This document shows positions 40,993 to 50,133 of a DNA stretch of 64,000 nucleotides, piece by piece. Each line of letters opens with the position of its first letter. The first letter of the stretch is position 1. The position numbers and the translations under genes were made by a program. The notes below the pieces were generated by a model. It saw nothing but the letters and a program-made list of their open reading frames with translations. It did not search any database and was not told where the DNA came from. The stretch is from Acidobacteriota bacterium (GTDB taxonomy: Bacteria; Acidobacteriota; Thermoanaerobaculia; Gp7-AA8): the NCBI GenBank assembly GCA_019244185.1, contig JAFATB010000014.1:352001-416000 (forward strand), in the 5' to 3' direction.

Positions 40993-42191
40993 CAGTCCTC
41001 CTTGATCGCGGAGATCGGATCGAGCCGCGAGGCGATGCGCGCCGGGTACCACGTGGCGATGACGGAGAGAAGAATCGCGACGATGTTCACGCCCACGATG
41101 TCTTCGACGTCGAGCTGGAAGGGAAGGTAACTGAGAAAGTAGATGTCGGGCGGCAGTGGCACGAGGTGAAAGCGGTTCGCGGCCCACGCCGCGCCGAGGC
41201 CGAAGAGGTTGCCGAGAAGCGTGCCGGTGAGGCCGATGAGCAGGCCGACCTGCATGAAGAGCGAGAGGATGTTGCGCTCCGTCGCGCCGAGGGTACGCAG
41301 CACGCCGACGGAGGGACGCTTCTCGAGGATGAGCATCGACAGCGACGAGACGAGATTCAGCGCGGCCACGAAGATGATCAGCGAGATGGTCGCGAACATC
41401 ACGATCTTCTCGAGCCGCAGCGCGAGGAAGAGCGGGCGGTTGATCTCTTTCCACGTCTTGAACTGCGCGCCGGTGAAGCGCGCCTGCAGCGCCGCCTGCG
41501 CCGGCTCCGCGCGATCCGCCTGTCCGTACATCTCGATCGCGGTCGGCTCGCCGTTCGTGCCGAAGAGGTGGGCGGCTTCGTTCGGATCGAGCCAAGCGTC
41601 GGTCGACGCTTCGTCGCTTTCGGGGAGCACGAGACGCGTGATGCGGTACTTCTTCATCACAGGCACGGGGCCGAACGGCGTGAGGCGCGTGCGCGGCGCG
41701 ACGACGGTGAGCGCGTCGCCGAGGTCGAGGCCGAGGGACGCGGCGTAGCCGCGCGCGAGAAAGACCTGCGGCTCGTTCGGGTTCCAGGCGCGTTTGCGCG
41801 CCGACGCCGTGTCCGGTGCGGGCTCGTGTCCGCGCGCGTACGAGCGCACGCGCATCGGGCGCCCCTGGCGCAGCCGCTCGTTGCCGCCCCAGGCGATGCC
41901 GCTGACGAACGGCCGCACGTCGGTGAGGCCGAGCTGGCGCGCGGCGGCGACGATCGCGTTCGCGTCGGCGATCGTGTTGCGTCCCGCGGGCTCGACGAGC
42001 AGCTGCGGACTCGACTCGATCAGCCGCGCCTTGATCTGTCCCTGCATGCCGGAAAGCAGCGCGATCGACAGCAGCAGCGTGAACACGCCGACCGCGAGGC
42101 CGAGCATGCTGATCGACGAGAGAAACGCCGTATGCGCCTGCTTGCGCGCGGCCCAGAGGTAACGGCGGGCGATGCGGGTCTCGATCGGCAT
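40992..42191 (-). CDS. LolC/E-family lipoprotein-releasing ABC permease
   Basis: IARRYL, ISMLGLAVGV, TWKEINRPLFLALRLEK, VAALNLVSSL and ATWYPARIASRLDP. Confidence 0.9.
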   Translation of the reverse strand: MPIETRIARRYLWAARKQAHTAFLSSISMLGLAVGVFTLLLSIALLSGMQGQIKARLIESSPQLLVEPAGRNTIADANAIVAAARQLGLTDVRPFVSGIAWGGNERLRQGRPMRVRSYARGHEPAPDTASARKRAWNPNEPQVFLARGYAASLGLDLGDALTVVAPRTRLTPFGPVPVMKKYRITRLVLPESDEASTDAWLDPNEAAHLFGTNGEPTAIEMYGQADRAEPAQAALQARFTGAQFKTWKEINRPLFLALRLEKIVMFATISLIIFVAALNLVSSLSMLILEKRPSVGVLRTLGATERNILSLFMQVGLLIGLTGTLLGNLFGLGAAWAANRFHLVPLPPDIYFLSYLPFQLDVEDIVGVNIVAILLSVIATWYPARIASRLDPISAIKED

Positions 42192-42202
42192 CGGCGCGCC
42201 GA

Positions 42203-43354
42203 CTATAGCGCGCGAAGCGCGTCGACCGCTTCTTCGAGCACTTCCATCGAAGTCGAGAACGACATCCGCAGATGCCCTTCTCCCTCGGGGCCGAAGACGA
42301 CGCCCGGCACCGACGCGATCGACGTCCGCTCGAGCAGCGTCTCCATCGCCCGCCACGAGTCGTTGCCGAGGCACGCGCGGACGTCGGGGAACGTGTAGAA
42401 CGCGCCGGGAGGCGTGAGGCAGTCGAAGCCGGCGTTGCGGAAGCCGCCGACGAGCAGATCGCGGCGGCGGCGGTACTCCTCGCGCAAACCGTCGAACGCG
42501 TGTGGATCGTCCGTGACCGCCGCGAGCGCGGCGAACTGCGTCGGCGTCGAGACGCCGTTCACGCTGTTGAGCACGAGCTTGCGCAGGAACTCCATGAACA
42601 GCGGCGGCGCGGCGACGTAGCCGATGCGCCAGCCGGTCATCGAGAAGCTCTTCGAAAACGTGAACACCGTCAACGTCCGCTCGAACATCCCCGGGAGCGA
42701 CGCCATCGAGACGTGCTCGCCGTCGTAGACGAGGTCTTCGTACGCTTCGTCGGCGATGACGGTGAGGTCGTGCGCCTTCGCAAACGCGGCGATCGATTCG
42801 AGCTGCGTGCGCGTGAGGAGGTCGCCGGTCGGATTCGCGGGCGAGTTTACGTAGATCACGCGCAGGCGGTCGGTGCGGTGCGACTCGAGGACGTCGCGGA
42901 TGTCGTCGCGGCCGCGGACGTCGTCCCACGGCACGCGCACGGCGACGCCGCCCGCGAAGCGCACCTGGTCGCGGATCGGCGTCCAGTACGGGGAGAAGAA
43001 CATCACCTCGTCGCCCGGATCGACGCTCGCCTGGAACGCGCAGAAGAGCCCGTGCGCGCCGCCGGAGGTGACGATGAGATCGCCGGTTGCGAGCTCGATG
43101 TGGTTCTTCGCGGCGAGCTTCGCGCGCAGCGCCTCGAGGAGTTGCGGGATGCCGGACGACGGCGCGTAGCGCGTCTGGTTCGCGGCGAGCGCATCGCGCA
43201 TCGCGTCCTTTACCACGTCGGCCGTCGGCATGAACGGCTCGCCGCCTTCGAGCTGCAGGACTTTGCGTCCCTGCGCGCGCAGGTCGAGCACGCGGTTGCG
43301 GATGCGAACGATGTCGGAGAACCCGAGAAGCGAGGCGCGGTCGGCGAGCTTCAA
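42203..43354 (-). CDS. Class I/II PLP aminotransferase (aspartate aminotransferase-like)
   Basis: GEP, YAPSSG, NSPANPTG, DEAY and FSKSFSMTGWRIG; TTG start inferred. Confidence 0.93.
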   Translation of the reverse strand: MKLADRASLLGFSDIVRIRNRVLDLRAQGRKVLQLEGGEPFMPTADVVKDAMRDALAANQTRYAPSSGIPQLLEALRAKLAAKNHIELATGDLIVTSGGAHGLFCAFQASVDPGDEVMFFSPYWTPIRDQVRFAGGVAVRVPWDDVRGRDDIRDVLESHRTDRLRVIYVNSPANPTGDLLTRTQLESIAAFAKAHDLTVIADEAYEDLVYDGEHVSMASLPGMFERTLTVFTFSKSFSMTGWRIGYVAAPPLFMEFLRKLVLNSVNGVSTPTQFAALAAVTDDPHAFDGLREEYRRRRDLLVGGFRNAGFDCLTPPGAFYTFPDVRACLGNDSWRAMETLLERTSIASVPGVVFGPEGEGHLRMSFSTSMEVLEEAVDALRAL

Positions 43355-43382
43355 AACGCGCGGATTGTATGTGAGGTCATGC

Positions 43383-43417
43383 GGAACGCGCGGCGTGCAG
43401 CGCACGCCGCGCGTTCC
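43383..43417. terminator. Perfect 16-bp hairpin without U-tract (terminator or RNA-stabilising stem)
   Basis: ggaacgcgcggcgtgc-agc-gcacgccgcgcgttcc, just after the TPR gene stop. Confidence 0.55.
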
Positions 43418-43427
43418 AGATGCGCGC

Positions 43428-44387
43428 TCATTGCGGCGGATTCGTGGTCGTGTTGGGCGGCTGCTGACTGGCCGGTGGTTGCTCCGGCGCGGTGTTCGCC
43501 GGCTTCGGAAGCAGCGGCGGCTTCGTCGCCGCGCGGCGGCGGAGCTCTTCCTGGCGCGCGGCGCGCGCGGCACGCACCGCGGCGGGATCCCTCGGCTGCG
43601 CCGTTTGCGTGGCGGGCTGCGGCGGCTGCGCGGTGTTGCTCGACGGCGGCACCGGGATCACGACCGCCTGTCCCGGCGGATGCGACTGCATCGACGGATC
43701 GGTGACCGGCGCGCCCGGCGTGACGACGTTGCGCGGCGCCGCCTGCGGCGAAGGCGCCTCGGGTGCCGTCCGCTCGCGCACCGCGACCGGCGCGCCCTGG
43801 AACTGCATACTCGCGCGCGAATGCGCCTGCGGATACGCCTGCAGCAGCGCGGCGTCCGTCAGATGCGAGTCGAGGATGCGCGGGTTGACGTCGACGTCGA
43901 GCAGCGCCGGATTGATCGAGAACGCCTTCGCGTAAAAGTGCATGGCGCGGTCGATGTTCTGGCGCTGCTCTTCGATGAGGCCGAGCTGGAAGAGCGCGGC
44001 GGCGTGGCCGGGCTTGAGGTCGACCGTGCGGTAGAACGCGCGGCGCGCGCCGATGCGGTCGCCGTTCGCGGCGCGCACGAGGCCGAGGTTGTACCAGCCG
44101 GCGTAGTAGTGGCGGTCGGCGTCGACGGAGCGCTCGAACTCGCGTTCGGCGTCGCGCGGGAAGCCCTTCTGCACCAGGAGCGAACCGAGCTGGTTGTGCA
44201 GCGGCGCGGACTCCGGCGTTTGCCGCAGCGCGTCGAGCGTGCGCTGGATCTGCGCGTCGAGTGCGCTGCCGGTGTTGAGGTACTTCGCGTAGAACGGATT
44301 CTCGTACGGGTTCTTCGCCTGCCGCGCGAACGCGGACGAGGCGGCGACGAGCGCGGCGAGAGTGACGATGGGGAGCAAACGTTTCAT
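43428..44387 (-). CDS. Secreted TPR protein with Pro/Gln-rich tail
   Basis: Signal peptide MKRLLPIVTLAALVAASSAFA; TPR motifs HNQLG, WYNLG and LFQLG. Confidence 0.85.
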   Translation of the reverse strand: MKRLLPIVTLAALVAASSAFARQAKNPYENPFYAKYLNTGSALDAQIQRTLDALRQTPESAPLHNQLGSLLVQKGFPRDAEREFERSVDADRHYYAGWYNLGLVRAANGDRIGARRAFYRTVDLKPGHAAALFQLGLIEEQRQNIDRAMHFYAKAFSINPALLDVDVNPRILDSHLTDAALLQAYPQAHSRASMQFQGAPVAVRERTAPEAPSPQAAPRNVVTPGAPVTDPSMQSHPPGQAVVIPVPPSSNTAQPPQPATQTAQPRDPAAVRAARAARQEELRRRAATKPPLLPKPANTAPEQPPASQQPPNTTTNPPQ

Positions 44388-44395
44388 GGTCGGGC

Positions 44396-44995
44396 TCAAT
44401 CCTGCAGTGGTTTCGCTTTCAGTTTCACCTTCCCGTCGACGGTCTCGACGCGGAAGGCGACGGTGTGGACATGGTACTTGTCGCGCACGATCTCGGTCTG
44501 CTTCTGCACCATCACGGCGAGCTGTTCGAGCGTGAGGTTCGGCAGCTTGCCGAGCTTGGCGTGCTCGCGCTCGATCGCGTCGAAGAGCTGGCGGATCTGT
44601 TCGCCGTTCGCACCCGGCGTCATCCTTACATACGGATCGGCCGCGCCCGACGTTACGCGCGGCGGCGGCGGCGCGTGCCTCTCGCGCTCCGGCTCCGGCG
44701 CGCTGAGCGCGGCCTGGCGGCGGCGGTAGTCGAGCGGACCTTCCTCGCGCTCGCGCATCTTCCGCGCCCACATCTCGCGGAACTGGTTGTAGCGCGACAG
44801 GACGGTGTTGAAGCGGAAGCGGCGCGTGTTGTCGCGCATCTTCTGCTTGCTCAGCTCGTGGATGTAGGACTCCAGCTGATGCCGCTCGAAGCTGGGCGGA
44901 ATCTTGATGATGCCGGTGAAGAACTGGTCGTACTTGTTCTTCAGCTTCCGGATGTCTTCCTCGAGCTTGTCGAGCTCCTCGTCCTGTTTGATCAC
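44396..44995 (-). CDS. Hypothetical protein resembling MXAN_5187 C-terminal-domain proteins
   Basis: YDQFF.G...PP, FRFNT..SRY...W, and C-terminal KY....VAFRV...DGKVKLKAKP (recognised from memory). Confidence 0.7.
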   Translation of the reverse strand: MIKQDEELDKLEEDIRKLKNKYDQFFTGIIKIPPSFERHQLESYIHELSKQKMRDNTRRFRFNTVLSRYNQFREMWARKMREREEGPLDYRRRQAALSAPEPERERHAPPPPRVTSGAADPYVRMTPGANGEQIRQLFDAIEREHAKLGKLPNLTLEQLAVMVQKQTEIVRDKYHVHTVAFRVETVDGKVKLKAKPLQD

Positions 44996-45023
44996 GGTAG
45001 GCTCGGACTAAACTAACGCAACA

Positions 45024-46391
45024 ATGGCTAAAGCGCCTGCCGGGGCCGCTCATTCCGACGCCGCCGCGAGCCTGCGGGCCATCCCTTCCGTCGAGCGAAT
45101 CCTTTCCGCTGCACGCTTTGCGCCGCTGATCGCGGAGTGGGGACGCGAGCCGGTGAAAGCCGCCGTCGTCGCGCATCTCGACGCGTTGCGCGCGGATGCC
45201 GTCGCGTGGAACGAGGACGACGCGCTGCACGCGATCGGCGCGACGCTCGCCGCCTCGCTCGCGTCGACCCTGCGTCCGGCGATCAACGCTTCCGGCATCA
45301 TCATCCACACGAACCTCGGCCGCGCGCCGATCGACGACGGCATCTGGGCCGACGCCGCTGCCATCGTCACCGGCTACTCGAACCTCGAGTTCGATCTCGA
45401 GGCAGGAGAGCGCGGCGCGCGCGACGAACATCTCTCCGCGCTCTGCCGCACGCTCTTCGGCTGCGAGGCCGCAGTGCTGACGAACAACAACGCAGCGGGG
45501 ACGATGCTCCTCCTCGCGGCGACGGCCGCGGGACGCGAGGTCATCGTCTCGCGCGGAGAGCTCGTCGAGATCGGCGGCGCGTTCCGCGTCCCGGACGTCA
45601 TCCAGCAGGGCGGCGCGAAACTGCGCGAAGTCGGCACGACGAACCGCACGCGCGCCCGCGACTACGCCGACGCGATCGGTAAGAAAACCGCCGCGATCCT
45701 GCGCGTGCATCGTTCGAACTTCGACATCGTCGGCTTCACCGAAACGCCGGAGGTCGCGGAGCTCGTCGAGGTCGCGCGCGCGAAGCGCGTGCCGTTGCTC
45801 TACGACGAAGGCTCGGGACGCGCGGTCGATCTCGCGCGCTACGGTTTCGCGCCGCGCGCGACGTTGCGCGAGCTCCTCACGCAAGGCGTCGACGCGATCA
45901 CCTGCTCGACCGACAAGCTCCTCGGCGCGACGCAAGGCGGTCTCATTCTCGGTTCGGAAGCGATCGTCGCGCGCTGCCGCAAACATCCGCTGATGCGCGC
46001 GGTGCGCGCGGGGAAGGAGACGTACGCCGTCGTCGCCGCGACGCTGCGCGCGTTCGCGAGCGGCAAGCACGAGGAGCGCATCGCGATCTATCGCATGCTG
46101 GCGACGCCGATCGAGGAACTGCGCGCGCGTGCCGAGCGTCTCGTTCGCGGTACGCGCGTGCGCGTCGTCGAGACGCGTTGCGCCCTCGGCGGCGGGACCA
46201 CGCCGACGGAGACGATCGCGTCGATCGGCATCGAGGTTCCCGGCGACGCGAACGCGCTGCAGACGCGCTTCCTGCGCAACGATCCGCCGATCGTCGGCCG
46301 CATCCACGACGGCCGTTTCACGCTCGATGTGCGCACGCTGCTGGAGCGCGATCTCGGCGCCGTAGCGCGCGCTCTCAGCGCGGAACCGTGA
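45024..46391 (+). CDS. selA: L-seryl-tRNA(Sec) selenium transferase
   Basis: INASGIIIHTNLGRAP, YSNLEFDL..GERG, NNNAA, SRGELVEIGGAFRVP, EVGTTNRT and DKLLG. Confidence 0.95.
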   Translation: MAKAPAGAAHSDAAASLRAIPSVERILSAARFAPLIAEWGREPVKAAVVAHLDALRADAVAWNEDDALHAIGATLAASLASTLRPAINASGIIIHTNLGRAPIDDGIWADAAAIVTGYSNLEFDLEAGERGARDEHLSALCRTLFGCEAAVLTNNNAAGTMLLLAATAAGREVIVSRGELVEIGGAFRVPDVIQQGGAKLREVGTTNRTRARDYADAIGKKTAAILRVHRSNFDIVGFTETPEVAELVEVARAKRVPLLYDEGSGRAVDLARYGFAPRATLRELLTQGVDAITCSTDKLLGATQGGLILGSEAIVARCRKHPLMRAVRAGKETYAVVAATLRAFASGKHEERIAIYRMLATPIEELRARAERLVRGTRVRVVETRCALGGGTTPTETIASIGIEVPGDANALQTRFLRNDPPIVGRIHDGRFTLDVRTLLERDLGAVARALSAEP

Positions 46392-47082
46392 GCATCGACT
46401 CGATCTGCGCGCGCGACTCGTTCGCGAGCCGCTCCTTGTCGCGCAGCGAGAGTCCGGCGGTCGCGATCGGCGTGCCGATGCGCACGGTCACGACGCCCGG
46501 TTTCACCTGCAGCGTCCGCGCGGAGAGCACGTCGTACGTGCCGTCGATCGCGATCGGCACGATCGGCTGCTCGGACTTCAGCGCGAGCAGGAACGCGCCG
46601 CGCTGAAAGGGACGCATCTCGCGGTCGCGCGAGCGTCCTTCCTCGGGGAAGATCACGATCGTGTTGCCCTTGCGAATGCGGTCCGCGGCGAGGTCGAACG
46701 ACTTCACCGCGGTGCGGCGGTTCTTGCGGTCGATCGGGATGAAGCCGGCGCGGCCGATGGCCCAGCCGAAGATCGGGATCTTGAACAGACTGCTCTTGGC
46801 CATGAAACGGATCGGCTGCGGCACCGCCGCGAAGACGCACGGGATGTCGAGGTAGCTGTGATGGTTCGCGACGAGGATGTAGCGCTGCTTCGGGTCGAGC
46901 GTTTCCATCCGCTCGGTGCGCAGCTCGATGCCGGCGGCGCGGACGATCGCGCGCGCCCAGAAGCGGATCACCGGCTCGATGAGCGGCGACGTCGAACGGA
47001 CGAGCGCGATGGCGATCGTGAGGGACGCGCAGGGAATCGTGACGATGATCGCGACGATCGCGACCCAGGCGGTGCGCAACAT
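46375..47082 (-). CDS. plsC: 1-acyl-sn-glycerol-3-phosphate acyltransferase
   Basis: ANHHSYLD, FIPIDR and IFPEEGRS. Confidence 0.88.
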   Translation of the reverse strand: MLRTAWVAIVAIIVTIPCASLTIAIALVRSTSPLIEPVIRFWARAIVRAAGIELRTERMETLDPKQRYILVANHHSYLDIPCVFAAVPQPIRFMAKSSLFKIPIFGWAIGRAGFIPIDRKNRRTAVKSFDLAADRIRKGNTIVIFPEEGRSRDREMRPFQRGAFLLALKSEQPIVPIAIDGTYDVLSARTLQVKPGVVTVRIGTPIATAGLSLRDKERLANESRAQIESMLTVPR

Positions 47083-47144
47083 CCGCGCATGATAGAGGAT
47101 GCTTCGCGCAACTCCGCGCGGCCGCATTCAGCGGCGGCGCCCCG

Positions 47145-48002
47145 TCATTCGCGGCGCAGATAGAGGTCGTCGAACCACGCGTCGAACGGCGGCGCGGCGG
47201 CGAGACTGGCGATCACGAACAGCAGGCTGCGCGTCGACGCGCCGGTGCGGAAGCGGAAGTCGTAGCGCTGCCACGTGAGCGGCGCGTTCGCGCGGAAGCG
47301 GTTCTCGTTGTCGCGCGTGAAGTCGCCGCCGCAAGCCGGCTGGTCGTATTCGAGCACGGCGATGGCCTCCTGCCCGCCTTCGCGCGAGGCCGCGCGCACC
47401 ACGCCGCCGTACGCGTAGATCACGCCCGATTCGGCGTCGACGCACTGCAGCCGCTGAAAGCCGCGCGTCGTGCCGGTGCTGCGCATGAGGATCGAGCCAG
47501 ACGCCGCGCTGCCGTTCGCGTCTTCGGTGCTCCACAGCGCCTCACCCGGTCCGTTCGGATAACGATCCTGCCAGCCCCACGGCTCGAGGCCGTGGTCGAA
47601 GTGGCCGTTGACGAGGAGGCTCGTCTCGACCGGCGGCGAGACGACGACGTTCGCGTCCTGCGCCACGAGATACGGCTGCCCGGCGATGCGCAGCGTCGCG
47701 GAACGCGGCAACTGCGTCGGATTCGGCGCGATGTTGACGAAGAGCTGCGACCCCGACGGCTGCAGCACGATCCAGTCGACCGGCGAGAACGCCAGCCACG
47801 ACGTGCACGTCGCGCTCGCCCCTTCGACCGTGACGACCCGCACCTCTCCGCTCGAAGGCACCGCATCCGCGGACGCCATGAGCGTGAACGAGCAATCCGA
47901 CGGCACGCGGACCGCGCGTTGTTTCGCGGCATGCAGCGGGAGCGCAACGACGAGAACAAGGGGAGCGACGAGCAGCGATACGCGCGGGAACCGGAGAGCC
48001 AT
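47145..48002 (-). CDS. Secreted beta-rich protein (BACON-like plus carbohydrate-binding-like module)
   Basis: Signal peptide; C...W...S.VDWI...PN....RSATLRIAG...V.Q; LLVNGHFD...W...WFDDL. Confidence 0.7.
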   Translation of the reverse strand: MALRFPRVSLLVAPLVLVVALPLHAAKQRAVRVPSDCSFTLMASADAVPSSGEVRVVTVEGASATCTSWLAFSPVDWIVLQPSGSQLFVNIAPNPTQLPRSATLRIAGQPYLVAQDANVVVSPPVETSLLVNGHFDHGLEPWGWQDRYPNGPGEALWSTEDANGSAASGSILMRSTGTTRGFQRLQCVDAESGVIYAYGGVVRAASREGGQEAIAVLEYDQPACGGDFTRDNENRFRANAPLTWQRYDFRFRTGASTRSLLFVIASLAAAPPFDAWFDDLYLRRE

Positions 48003-48038
48003 GACCGCGGCGAGAGTACCAGAGTTGCGGCGCGAGCC

Positions 48039-49142
48039 TCACTGCGCGAACGGCGATTCGTTCGTCGGTTCTCCTTTGAGTTGCTTGTAGAGGTTCGCGA
48101 CGGCCGGCTCCTCGAAGTACTCCGCGAAGTGGCGCTTCCGCGACGCGATGCCTTGCGTGAGCGCGTCGGCGTAGGTCCGGATGTCCATGCGCTTGCGCGT
48201 CTCTTCGAGCGTGAGGCCGGCGTTCACCGCCGCCTGCACCTGGGCGACGACGCTTTCGAGCAGGCGCGTCAACGCGTGCAGATGCTCCTCGTCGTGTTCG
48301 ACGGCGCCGTGTCCGGGGACGATCGACGTCGCGTCCATCGCATCGAGTTTCTTCAGCGCCGCGATCCATTCCGGCAGATACGAGCCGGTGGCGAACGGAA
48401 TCGGCGCGACGAGCAGATCGCCGGTGACGAGCACTTTCGCGTCGGGGACGTAGACGATCGCGTCGCCGGCGGTGTTCGCGCGGCCGAGGAAGCGGACCTG
48501 GATTTCGCGGCGCCCGAGGTGGATGGTGAGCGCGTCGGTGAACGTCACGTTGGGCAGCTCCATGCGCGCGGTGAGGAACTGCGGCATCGCCTTCTCGACG
48601 TCGGAGACGAGCGCGCGCTGCGCGTCGAGCTGCTCCGACGTCATCGGCGTGCCGTCGGTGTTCTTGCGGCTGTCGAGCTGTGCGCGCAGTTTCTCCGCCA
48701 TGGCCATGCCGCGCTGCTGATAGCCGGTGAGGATCTTCGCGTCGAAGTCCGCCATCGCCTCGCGCGTGAACGGCGTCGAGAGGATGGTCACGCCGGGGAA
48801 CGCGTCGCGATAGACGAAGTTGCCCATGTTGTGATCGTTGTGCCAGTGCGTGTTGACGATGTAGCGCACGGGCTTGCCCGTCTTCGCGCGGATCTCGTCG
48901 ATCATCCGTTTCGCGAGCGACGGGATCATCCCGGTGTCGACGACGAGCACGCCGTCGTCGCCGGCGATGGCCACCGAGTTGCCGCTCGCGAGCGCCGACT
49001 TCGGCTCCGGCGCGATGAACGCCCAGATGCCGTCGGCGACCTTCGTCGTGGTGTAGTCGGAGGTCACGTCGCCGCTTTGCGCAACGCTGTTTTGCGCGAG
49101 GAGCGCCGGCGCGAGCAGCAGAGCGAGGAGCAGTGTCTTCAT
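48039..49142 (-). CDS. Secreted MBL-fold metallo-hydrolase
   Basis: Signal peptide MKTLLLALLLAPALLA; VDTG, NTHWHNDH, TGDL and VPGHG. Confidence 0.9.
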   Translation of the reverse strand: MKTLLLALLLAPALLAQNSVAQSGDVTSDYTTTKVADGIWAFIAPEPKSALASGNSVAIAGDDGVLVVDTGMIPSLAKRMIDEIRAKTGKPVRYIVNTHWHNDHNMGNFVYRDAFPGVTILSTPFTREAMADFDAKILTGYQQRGMAMAEKLRAQLDSRKNTDGTPMTSEQLDAQRALVSDVEKAMPQFLTARMELPNVTFTDALTIHLGRREIQVRFLGRANTAGDAIVYVPDAKVLVTGDLLVAPIPFATGSYLPEWIAALKKLDAMDATSIVPGHGAVEHDEEHLHALTRLLESVVAQVQAAVNAGLTLEETRKRMDIRTYADALTQGIASRKRHFAEYFEEPAVANLYKQLKGEPTNESPFAQ

Positions 49143-49173
49143 GCGCGCAGTGTCGGCGAAGCGTCGCATCGTC

Positions 49174-49190
49174 CGCTTTCAGATTCTTGC
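49174..49190 (-). promoter_or_regulatory. Putative AraC box 1 (GCAAGAATCTGAAAGCG)
   Basis: 31 nt upstream of the MBL ATG; matches boxes 2 and 3 at 11 of 17 positions. Confidence 0.7.
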
Positions 49191-50039
49191 GGCGGCGCGG
49201 TGAGCGGCTGACGTCAGCTCGGCGATGAACCGCGTCGGACTCGCGTCGAAGAGCGCGCGGAAGCAGCTCGTGAAATGGCTGTGGCTCGAATAGCCGAGCT
49301 CCAATGCGAGGTCTGTCACCTGTCCCTCATAAGCGGGGAGCAGGTCGAGCGAGGAGACGAGGCGCAGCCGCTGGCGGAAGTCGCTCATCGTCAGTCCGGT
49401 CGCGGCGTGAAACACGCGGCTGAGGTACGCGGGCGACGCGCCGGTGTGCCGCGCGAGCGCGCGCAGCGTCACGGGCGCGGAGAAGTTGACGAGGAGGCAG
49501 CGGATCGCGCGATGGACGAGCTGCTCGTTCGGACGCGGCGCGGGCGGCGGCACGGCCGCGGCGCGCGCGACGAGCTCGCGCGTCAGGCTCACGAGCTCCT
49601 CTTCGACGGCCAGCGCCTCGGTGGGCGTTCCGCGGAGCAGGCGGCCGAGGAGGCGGCGCTGGCGGTAGATCGTCGCGGGAGGGACGACGGTCTGCTGCGC
49701 GCGAAAGCAGCGCTCGCGGACGTGCGCGTCGCGCAGGATCTCGTCGAGCAGCTCGTCCGCCAGCGTGTACCACGTCGCGTACGTGCCGCGCGAGGAGATG
49801 ACCTCGCGGCGGTACTCCTCGCCGCGGTTGAAGAACGACACCGCGGTCGGGTTCTCGAGCATGGCCGGACGGCCGCGCCGCAGGATGCGCGTCGACGTCG
49901 ACGGAAAGACCACGCAGTGCGCGTTGGACGGACCGGAGTCGGCGTACAGCGGCTCGTCGGGCGTGCAGGCGAACTCCGCGACGAGCGCGAGCTCGCTGCG
50001 GAAGAGCGGCCGTTCCATTGGTTTGAGGGGCACGTCCAT
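49179..50039 (-). CDS. AraC-family transcriptional regulator (paralog 1)
   Basis: C-terminal double HTH: LARHTGASPAYLSRVF...LALELGYSSHSHFTSCFR. Confidence 0.93.
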   Translation of the reverse strand: MDVPLKPMERPLFRSELALVAEFACTPDEPLYADSGPSNAHCVVFPSTSTRILRRGRPAMLENPTAVSFFNRGEEYRREVISSRGTYATWYTLADELLDEILRDAHVRERCFRAQQTVVPPATIYRQRRLLGRLLRGTPTEALAVEEELVSLTRELVARAAAVPPPAPRPNEQLVHRAIRCLLVNFSAPVTLRALARHTGASPAYLSRVFHAATGLTMSDFRQRLRLVSSLDLLPAYEGQVTDLALELGYSSHSHFTSCFRALFDASPTRFIAELTSAAHRAAARI

Positions 50040-50085
50040 CGACTCGATTGAACGACGGAACGCCCTGAAAGTTTATGGACGATGC

Positions 50086-50102
50086 GCAACGATTTGATAG
50101 CG
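50086..50102 (+). promoter_or_regulatory. Putative AraC box 2 (GCAACGATTTGATAGCG)
   Basis: 31 nt upstream of ATG 50134. Confidence 0.7.
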
Positions 50103-50133
50103 GCACGTTGCGGCTGCCGGCACGCTGGTCGGC

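Noticed and set aside
45024-46391. Selenoprotein (in-frame UGA) or tRNA-Sec near selA
   Set aside because: I saw no gene interrupted by UGA, trxB has a normal CATC, and no tRNA-like sequence was evident in the short intergenic gaps
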